Source: a candidate division WOR-3 bacterium (GTDB taxonomy: Bacteria > Hydrothermota > Tepidihabitantia > Tepidihabitantales > Tepidihabitantaceae). Taken from it: 64,000 nucleotides of DNA. Below, in pieces: positions 57,037-64,000 of the stretch. The position numbers and the translations under genes are program-made. The stretch is from assembly GCA_037441285.1 (NCBI GenBank), contig JBBISL010000001.1, positions 78,663-142,662 on the forward strand, given 5' to 3'. The first letter of the stretch is position 1; each line of letters opens with the position of its first letter. The notes under the pieces are model-generated. The model saw only the letters and a program-made list of their open reading frames with translations, had not been told where the DNA came from and ran no database searches.

Positions 57037-58263
57037 ATGGAGTTAAGTTTACACTCTGGAGACAGGTATGAAACAGTTAGTATCCCGGATGAGAACATCC
57101 TCGGAATTTTAACCCCGATTCCTCAAAAAATCTTTGATGTTCCGCTGCAACCGGTTATCAATTCGGCAACTGAATTTATCGAAAAGCACCAACAGATCCT
57201 GATTCTGGTCAACGACTACACCCGACCCACTCCCAATCAGCCCTTTCTCACTCCACTTCTGCCGGCTCTTTGCTCCCGGCAGACAAAAATCCTTATCGGT
57301 TTGGGCACCCACCGCAAAGCGACCGAAACTGAATTGAAAAACATTCTCGGCTCAGACACCTTTTCTGCTTTATCTTCAGCAATCGTCCAACACGACGCCC
57401 GCGACCGTTCTACCCTATTTTTTCTGGGCAAAACCGCGTTCGGCACCGATGTTTATCTCAACCGACAAATCCTCTGGGCTGATGCCATTCTCACAATCAA
57501 CTCAATTGAACCCCATTACTTCGCCGGATATACCGGAGGCAGAAAGTGTTTTATACCGGGCTGTGCCGCATACGAAACAACAATTCACAACCACAACCTT
57601 CTCCTCCATCCCGCTTCGGCTCCACTTTCATTAAAGGACAACCCGGTTCACCTCGATATGACCGAGGCAGCAAAAATGGTTGCCATACCCATCTTCTCAA
57701 TTCAGATTGTCCAGGACGCGAACCACCGTCTTTTGTCGGTTCATTACGGCGACCTCTTTACCTCATTTGAAAGCGCCTGTGCCGATGCCTACCAGCTTTT
57801 TGCCCTGCCCATCAAAGAAAAAGCGGACATCGTTTTAAGTGTCCTGCAGCCCCCTTATGATATCAACTTCTATCAGTCCCAGCGGGCACTGGAATTTGGC
57901 ATCTATGCATTAAAAGATGGGGGCATTCAAATTACCGTGTCGCGCTGTCACCAGAAAATTGGCAACGATGAGTTTATCCGGGTACTTGCTTCTTGTGACC
58001 AACCCGAGTGCCTCCTCAAGGGTGAAAAATCGGACCATCCCGGCTGGTATAAAGCGGCGCGCCTGGCACGGGCGATGCAAAAGGCAAAACTTTACACGGT
58101 GATGGGCGTTGAAGACCGAGTTATCAAATCCTGCTTTATGACCCCGTTCCATTCAATCTCAGAGGCGCTGGCTGCGGCGTTTCAGGAAGTGGGTAACAAA
58201 GCAAAAATTTACATCATCCCTGATGCCGGAGCCGTGGTCCCGATACCACCAAACGCCCAATAA
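57037..58263 (+). CDS. larA: LarA-family nickel-pincer racemase/epimerase
   Basis: VND.TRPTP, GTHR, IEPHYFAGYTGGRK...PG, HNH, NPVH.DM, FYQSQ. Confidence 0.88.
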   Translation: MELSLHSGDRYETVSIPDENILGILTPIPQKIFDVPLQPVINSATEFIEKHQQILILVNDYTRPTPNQPFLTPLLPALCSRQTKILIGLGTHRKATETELKNILGSDTFSALSSAIVQHDARDRSTLFFLGKTAFGTDVYLNRQILWADAILTINSIEPHYFAGYTGGRKCFIPGCAAYETTIHNHNLLLHPASAPLSLKDNPVHLDMTEAAKMVAIPIFSIQIVQDANHRLLSVHYGDLFTSFESACADAYQLFALPIKEKADIVLSVLQPPYDINFYQSQRALEFGIYALKDGGIQITVSRCHQKIGNDEFIRVLASCDQPECLLKGEKSDHPGWYKAARLARAMQKAKLYTVMGVEDRVIKSCFMTPFHSISEALAAAFQEVGNKAKIYIIPDAGAVVPIPPNAQ

Positions 58264-58319
58264 ACCATAAACCTCATTGTGAATCTTGGGTTCTGAATCA
58301 ATACGGTGATGATGCCCGC

Positions 58320-58347
58320 TTGACTTCATCCTCTGTCATCTTACAAT
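58320..58347 (+). promoter_or_regulatory. asnS promoter
   Basis: TTGACT-N16-TACAAT, 7 nt before ATG 58355. Confidence 0.7.
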
Positions 58348-58354
58348 TAAGCCA

Positions 58355-59644
58355 ATGGATACAACAGTTGAAAAAATCGGCGCATATGTGGACAAACAGG
58401 TTCGTTTAACCGGCTGGGTTTACAACAAACGCTCCTCAGGAAAGATTCGCTTTGTCCTGCTACGCGACGGGACCGGAATCATCCAGTGTGTTTTTGTCCA
58501 AAACAGCGTCCCTGACGAGGCGTTTGAACTTGCCGACTCAATCCCGCAAGAGTCCGCAGTGGAAATCACCGGAATAGCACGGGAAGAAAAAAGGGCACCA
58601 GGAGGTTATGAACTGACCGCGCAGGACCTTAAAGTCATCGCCCTTGCCGAACCTTACCCGATTACACCCAAGGAACATGGCATCGAGTTTTTGATGGCAA
58701 ACCGGCACCTCTGGTTACGCTCCCGTCGCCAGGTAGCGATTTTACGGATTCGCAACGAAATTATCAAGGCGCTGCGTGACTATCTTGAAGAACAGGGGTT
58801 TCTCTGTTGTGATACCCCGATATTGACCCCGGCATCAGTCGAAGGCACAACAACCCTGTTCCCGGTTGACTACTACGGCGAGCAGGTCTATCTCACCCAG
58901 TCCGGACAACTCTACAATGAGGCGCTCTGTGCCGCGGTACGGAAGACCTACTGCTTTGGTCCAACCTTTCGTGCTGAGAAGTCCAAAACCCGACGCCATC
59001 TCACCGAATTCTGGATGCTCGAACCGGAAATCGCCTTCCTTGACCTCAATGGCACAATGGACTTAATGGAAGATATGATTTACTATCTAATTAAACGCAT
59101 CCTCGAAAAACGACAACCAGAACTGGAAACACTGGAACGGGATATCACCAAACTTCAGGCGGTAAAGAAGCCATTTCCGCGCATCACCTATCGCGAGGCG
59201 CTGGAGATTCTAAAAAATGCCGGTAAACCAATAGAGTTTGGCGACGACTTTGGCGGTGATGAGGAAACGGTGATAAGTCAGGCGTTCAACACCCCGGTGA
59301 TGATTCACCGTTTTCCGGCTAAGATTAAGGCGTTCTATATGAAGCGTGCCCCGGAAAACCCCGACCTGGCATTGGGAGTTGATATGATTGCACCGGAAGG
59401 CTACGGTGAAATTATTGGAGGTGGCCAGAGAGAAGATGATTTAGCAACCCTTGAACAGAGGCTCAAGGAGTTCAATCTACCGCGCGATGCCTACTCCTGG
59501 TACATTGATTTGCGCCGATTCGGCTCTTTTCCCCACTCCGGATTTGGCTTGGGATTGGAACGCACTGTCGCCTGGATTTGTGGCTTAAAGCATGTGCGGG
59601 AAACAATTCCTTTCCCGCGACTTTTGGAAAAGGTTTATCCTTAA
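58355..59644 (+). CDS. asnS: asparagine--tRNA ligase
   Basis: GWV..KR, LRDGTG, RHLWLR, YLTQSGQLY, FRAEKSKTRRHLTEFW, EIIGGGQRE, PHSGFGLGLER. Confidence 0.97.
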   Translation: MDTTVEKIGAYVDKQVRLTGWVYNKRSSGKIRFVLLRDGTGIIQCVFVQNSVPDEAFELADSIPQESAVEITGIAREEKRAPGGYELTAQDLKVIALAEPYPITPKEHGIEFLMANRHLWLRSRRQVAILRIRNEIIKALRDYLEEQGFLCCDTPILTPASVEGTTTLFPVDYYGEQVYLTQSGQLYNEALCAAVRKTYCFGPTFRAEKSKTRRHLTEFWMLEPEIAFLDLNGTMDLMEDMIYYLIKRILEKRQPELETLERDITKLQAVKKPFPRITYREALEILKNAGKPIEFGDDFGGDEETVISQAFNTPVMIHRFPAKIKAFYMKRAPENPDLALGVDMIAPEGYGEIIGGGQREDDLATLEQRLKEFNLPRDAYSWYIDLRRFGSFPHSGFGLGLERTVAWICGLKHVRETIPFPRLLEKVYP

Positions 59645-59656
59645 AAGGAGGTTAAA

Positions 59657-59914
59657 ATGCCTGAAACAAAAGTCGGAGTTATCACCCACTACTTTGGCAA
59701 AATCGGCGTAGCCGTGGTCAAGGCAACCGATGGACCAATTGCCGTGGGTGATAAAATTCACATCAAAGGTCACACCACCGACCACACCCAGATTGTCGAA
59801 TCGCTCCAGATTGAACACGCTCCGGTAAACCGGCTTGAAATCGGCCAGGAAGCTGGAATGAAGGTAACGGCACGTGTCCATGAACATGATGAGGTGTTTA
59901 AGGTTACTGATTAA
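59657..59914 (+). CDS. translation elongation factor-like small beta-barrel protein
   Basis: VG.ITHYF.KIGVAV, GD.IHIKG.TTD, V.SLQI, G.E.G.KV; SD AAGGAGG. Confidence 0.82.
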   Translation: MPETKVGVITHYFGKIGVAVVKATDGPIAVGDKIHIKGHTTDHTQIVESLQIEHAPVNRLEIGQEAGMKVTARVHEHDEVFKVTD

Positions 59915-59949
59915 GACTCCATTAATATCGCTGCCATAAAAGGAGGAGT

Positions 59950-60057
59950 ATGCCCCGAAGCAAAACAAAGGTAAAACGGATGCGTCATCGCTGGATATTA
60001 AAGAAAAGGCGCCGGGATGAAGCCCGCAAGAAGATGTTGCAATCCTCCCGGCAGTAG
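59950..60057 (+). CDS. unannotated 35-aa highly basic peptide (candidate small ribosomal protein)
   Basis: AAGGAGG SD immediately upstream; translates MPRSKTKVKRMRHRWILKKRRRDEARKKMLQSSRQ*; too short for the ORF track. Confidence 0.7.
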   Translation: MPRSKTKVKRMRHRWILKKRRRDEARKKMLQSSRQ

Positions 60058-60124
60058 TGCTCGACAAAAAAATCAAATTTACGGAAGATGTAAATTAACT
60101 CTTTGAAACCTTAGACCCTTAGTT

Positions 60125-63001
60125 ATGCGTCAACTGTTTCTTGCCCCATTTTCCTGTCCGAACGCCACCGAACAACTTCTTAGGGCGGTGTTAAAAACCG
60201 GTGTCTTACCTCAGGAAATTTTTTACTTTACGCCCAGCCCCCGAAAACTACGCGCCACTCAGGTGCTCTTCGCTCAGATTTATGGTAAATCGGCATTTGT
60301 TCCGCCGGCATTCTTCACCCTGCGCCAGTTTGCCCTGAAACTCAACAGTGAGTATTGCGACCGGTGCCCCTTTCCCGATGAGTTAAAGCCCCTTCTCATT
60401 CGCCAGTTGTTTCTCCGCAAAAAGAAAAAAGTCACAATTGGTTATGCCCAGGTTGTTGCCCGATTTATCGAAGACCTGAAACGCCACATCACGCCCGAGG
60501 AACAGAACACTCTACCCGAACGGCTAAAGAAAATGGATGTATTCATTGGTCACGAAAAGGTACTCCAGCGTTTACTTGACGCCCACCAGATAATGAACGA
60601 TTACAACAGCGCCCTTAATAAATCGGGCTGGATTGACAGCGAAGACATTCTCAGTCAGGCACCACGGCTCCTTGAAAAAGTTCCCACAATAAAGGTCCTT
60701 ATTTTTGACAGTTTTGTTGCACCCAACCGGCTCGAGATGGAACTTATTACCGCGCTGATTGATAAGGCAGAACACACCTTTGCTTTAGGCTATGGTACCT
60801 CTGACCCTAATCCCGGTTACGACCTTGCCCGGATATTTAACGATTTTATTCTCTCCCAACCGGGTTTTACATTGCACCCTTTAACCTTTGAAGACAACAA
60901 AGAAACAGTACCGACGATATGGCGTTTTCCTACCGCCGAAGACGAAGTTACTGGCATCTGCCGCCAACTACGCATTCAGGCAGAGGGGTCAGGATTAAAG
61001 AATACATATGTCGTCTTTCCCCGTCTTAACGAGTACGCACCGCTCGTGAACCGCATCTTTCGTCATTACGAAATCCCGTTCACCATCTATCCCGAATCAC
61101 CGCTATCCTCATCGCCTGTGATAATTGCCGTGCTCGAACTCCTCAACGCCCTGAACACCGACTACGAACGGGTTTCCACGACCGCCGCATTCTCCTCCCC
61201 CTTCTTCCCCGGGCTCTTGCGCCTATCTGAAGACAACAACGCGATTGACCCGCACACCGGACTAAATAGCCGTAACCGCGCCGCCCGGATGCTCAACATG
61301 GTCTCCCGCCGCGCCGGCATCATTAAAGGCAGAGAAAACTGGCACAATATTGCCGAAAGGATAATCCGTGCTGAAACACTGGACGAATCCGAACCGGAAG
61401 CCCGTTTCCTACGCGAAATTCAGCAACGCGTCCGTCAGGCGCTTGGTATCACCGAAAAAATCCTTGAACCGGCAGATACACTCGGCAGTCAGGCACGCCG
61501 GCTCAAACAGTTTCTTGAAACCGTTGATTACGGCACCAACATCATGCCCGACGACCCAGTTGGTTCAGAAATGGTTGAAGACCGCAAAAAACTGTACGAC
61601 ATTCTTGACACTATCGTTGAATTTGAAGCCGAATTTGGCGGCAGTAAAGAAACTCGCACCGACTTCGTAAAAATTATCAATCAGTTACTATCCCTGAGCC
61701 CGAAAACTTCGGAACTGGACCAGCAAGGGGTTGTTGTCCTCGGTATGGAAGAAACGCTGGGTATCACCGCGGACAATTTGTACTTTGCCGGCTTAACCGA
61801 AAACGCCCTGCCCGGTGCCTATCAACCCGACCCGCTCATTCCCGAAAAGATAAGAAAACAACTGGGTCTGCCGGACATCGATTGGCATCGAGACTGGCAG
61901 CGATTTCACTTTCACCGCACGCTCGGTTCCTGCCTTAATCAACCATTCCTCAGTTTTCCTGAAACCCATGATGGCAATCCGGTGCTGTCCACACCTTTCC
62001 TGCCGGACATTAAACCCAGCCTTGATATTGCCGAACCCTGCCATCTTACTGAAAACACCGTTATCTACTCAGAAATAGAACACCAACTCTATCTTGGAAA
62101 AATGTCAAATGTCACCTTCGAACAACTCACACATTCGGTTGACTTCTCAGCTGAGCCCGAGGCTCAGGAGATTATCAGTGACCGATTTGGTCCTGACTCC
62201 TACATTTCGGTTACCGCCCTGGAGCGCTATCGGCGCTGTCCATTTATTTTTTATCTTGAAGATGTGTTAGGGCTGGAAATAACACCGGAACCGGAGTATG
62301 TGGTTGATGCCCAGCAATGGGGTATTTTGCTCCACAACATCTTTAAACTTATTTATTCCGGCGCCACCATCCCATCCCTGAAAGAAATTGAATCAAATGC
62401 CGAAAGGTTGCTCAACCGAGTTTTGAAAGATGCCGGATTACCCCGGTTCTGGGCTGAGGTAACCCGTCGGGTTTTCAAAAACATTTTGCCCCGGTTCATT
62501 GAACAGGAAAAGGAATTACGCAAAGAAGGATTTTTCCCTTCTAAAACTGAATATGTACTCAAGGGCGCCATCGCCCCGAACATTAAGGTGAAGGGTCGAA
62601 TTGACCGCATCGACTCATCAGATACAGCGGTTCGAATTCTCGATTACAAAACCGGCGCCGACCTGATTTCCAAGCAGGATGTAATAAAATACCGCACCTA
62701 TCTCCAATTACCACTTTATGCTCACCTGCTCACGGAACAAGCAGAGTTCGGGCAAAAGAATGTTGACAATATTGGTTTTTATCACATCCGCAGTGCCGAA
62801 ATCAACTGGCTCGCCAAAAGAGAAACTACCGTTGCTGATTTAATTCAGGCGGCAATTCCAAACGCCGCTGAAATCGTTGAAGCCATCAGAATGGGTAAGT
62901 TTATTGCCCAACCCAGTAAGAAAAACAATTGTCGCAACTGCGACTTTCAATTCACCTGCGGTTATAAAACAGGGGCGTCTGAAGATGACAACGGAGGCTA
63001 A
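60125..63001 (+). CDS. addB: AddB/RexB-like PD-(D/E)XK nuclease subunit
   Basis: degenerate helicase body; SVTALE.YRRCPF, G.LLH, KGRIDRID, ILDYKTG, QL.LY, C..C.....C Fe-S ligands. Confidence 0.82.
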   Translation: MRQLFLAPFSCPNATEQLLRAVLKTGVLPQEIFYFTPSPRKLRATQVLFAQIYGKSAFVPPAFFTLRQFALKLNSEYCDRCPFPDELKPLLIRQLFLRKKKKVTIGYAQVVARFIEDLKRHITPEEQNTLPERLKKMDVFIGHEKVLQRLLDAHQIMNDYNSALNKSGWIDSEDILSQAPRLLEKVPTIKVLIFDSFVAPNRLEMELITALIDKAEHTFALGYGTSDPNPGYDLARIFNDFILSQPGFTLHPLTFEDNKETVPTIWRFPTAEDEVTGICRQLRIQAEGSGLKNTYVVFPRLNEYAPLVNRIFRHYEIPFTIYPESPLSSSPVIIAVLELLNALNTDYERVSTTAAFSSPFFPGLLRLSEDNNAIDPHTGLNSRNRAARMLNMVSRRAGIIKGRENWHNIAERIIRAETLDESEPEARFLREIQQRVRQALGITEKILEPADTLGSQARRLKQFLETVDYGTNIMPDDPVGSEMVEDRKKLYDILDTIVEFEAEFGGSKETRTDFVKIINQLLSLSPKTSELDQQGVVVLGMEETLGITADNLYFAGLTENALPGAYQPDPLIPEKIRKQLGLPDIDWHRDWQRFHFHRTLGSCLNQPFLSFPETHDGNPVLSTPFLPDIKPSLDIAEPCHLTENTVIYSEIEHQLYLGKMSNVTFEQLTHSVDFSAEPEAQEIISDRFGPDSYISVTALERYRRCPFIFYLEDVLGLEITPEPEYVVDAQQWGILLHNIFKLIYSGATIPSLKEIESNAERLLNRVLKDAGLPRFWAEVTRRVFKNILPRFIEQEKELRKEGFFPSKTEYVLKGAIAPNIKVKGRIDRIDSSDTAVRILDYKTGADLISKQDVIKYRTYLQLPLYAHLLTEQAEFGQKNVDNIGFYHIRSAEINWLAKRETTVADLIQAAIPNAAEIVEAIRMGKFIAQPSKKNNCRNCDFQFTCGYKTGASEDDNGG

Positions 63002-64000
63002 ATGAACGTACTTCAGAGCAAAGTGGTTTTTGCCCCAGCCGGTTCAGGCAAAACCGAGCAACTGAGCGAACGGTACATCCAACTGTTAAGGCAAAATGTT
63101 CCACCCGAACGGATTCTTACCATCACCTTCACCGACAAAGCAGCAACCGAAATGAAAGAACGGATTCTGAAAAAGGCGGCGGAAACAGACCCCAAACTCT
63201 CTCAACTCTTACGCGACAACATCTTGAGACTGCGGATTTCTACGATTCATTCCTTCTGTTTTTCACTGGTACGCCGATTTGCCTATCTCCTCGATATTGA
63301 CCCCAACCCTCAGGCGCTTACCGATTCTGAATCTTTGTGGTCACAAACAAAGTACGACACCCTGATGAAAATCGCTGAAGAAAATGTGGATTCCAACGAG
63401 TACCGGTTGCTCCTTGACCTGATAACCACCGAAACTAAGCAAAACTGGGATAAGCTGTCGCAACTTTTTAATCAGCTCTTCAAACGGCGCATTGCTGCGC
63501 TCCGGGTTCAAACGCAAAATATATCAACATTTGAAATCTCTGAACTTGCCCGGCAATTAAAAAACCACCCCGTAACCAAATCTCAAATTGAAAATCATGA
63601 ACCCCTTTTCCCGAAAAATTTCACTCCTGAAAATATTGAACTTGCCTATCAACTATTAGAAAGAAATAAAGTGATATTTTTAACCCAGGAAAATGAGCCC
63701 CGGAAAAAAGGTTTCAACCCTCAAGAACAAAAGTGGGCGCAACTAATGACACGCTATCGATGGTTGCTGCTCAACGCGCGTGCCCAGTACCAGTTTGCCA
63801 ATCAGTTCTGGCTGTTTCGAGAAATTTTTCTCAAAACCTACGAAGAAGTGAAGCGCGAATTGGGACAGGTTGACTATGACGATATGGAACTTCTTGCTCT
63901 TAAACTTATCAGCCAGCATGATGAGTGGCAGAATATCCTCTATGCCTTTGATGAATGCACCGACCATATCCTGGTTGATGAATTTCAGGACACCTCCTTT
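63002..64000 (+). CDS. addA: AddA/UvrD-family helicase, 5' part (runs off the window)
   Basis: ATG 63002: APAGSGKT, ITFTDKAATEMKERI, ISTIHSFC, ILVDEFQDT; missing from the ORF track because there is no stop in the window. Confidence 0.88.
   Translation, partial: MNVLQSKVVFAPAGSGKTEQLSERYIQLLRQNVPPERILTITFTDKAATEMKERILKKAAETDPKLSQLLRDNILRLRISTIHSFCFSLVRRFAYLLDIDPNPQALTDSESLWSQTKYDTLMKIAEENVDSNEYRLLLDLITTETKQNWDKLSQLFNQLFKRRIAALRVQTQNISTFEISELARQLKNHPVTKSQIENHEPLFPKNFTPENIELAYQLLERNKVIFLTQENEPRKKGFNPQEQKWAQLMTRYRWLLLNARAQYQFANQFWLFREIFLKTYEEVKRELGQVDYDDMELLALKLISQHDEWQNILYAFDECTDHILVDEFQDTSF

Noticed and set aside
62200..63001. Cas4 nuclease
   Set aside because: The Fe-S PD-(D/E)XK domain is the C-terminus of a 958-aa protein directly upstream of a UvrD-type helicase, the AddAB arrangement.

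Overview
A 64-kb, densely coding bacterial chromosome segment from a diderm (bamD, lptE/F/G), probably anaerobic organism. Gene content and T9SS/FlgD-like C-terminal sorting domains suggest an FCB-associated lineage such as candidate WOR-3 (inference only). It is mostly housekeeping: mutL-miaA-metK-ahcY, divIVA to ffh, thrS-infC-rpmI-rplT, purine and NAD genes, queA, murF, asnS, addB-addA, and three tRNAs. No CRISPR array, prophage or IS element is evident. Signals beyond the ORF track: (1) a 28-bp dif site at 25323-25350 plus an apparent GC-skew reversal, so the window probably spans the replication terminus, with xerD 12 kb away; (2) two related intergenic arrays of degenerate 12-nt palindromic units (nGAGTnACTCnn) at about 7.2 kb and 56.9 kb, oppositely oriented on either side of dif; (3) about 12 operon-first genes with a -35/N16-17/-10 promoter only 5-8 nt before the start codon, suggesting pervasive leaderless mRNAs; (4) an unannotated 35-aa basic ORF with a strong RBS that resembles eL41(eS32)/bS22-type ribosomal peptides; (5) an ATT-initiated infC; (6) two genes (polX and an M6 protease) broken by in-frame stops, possibly local assembly errors.
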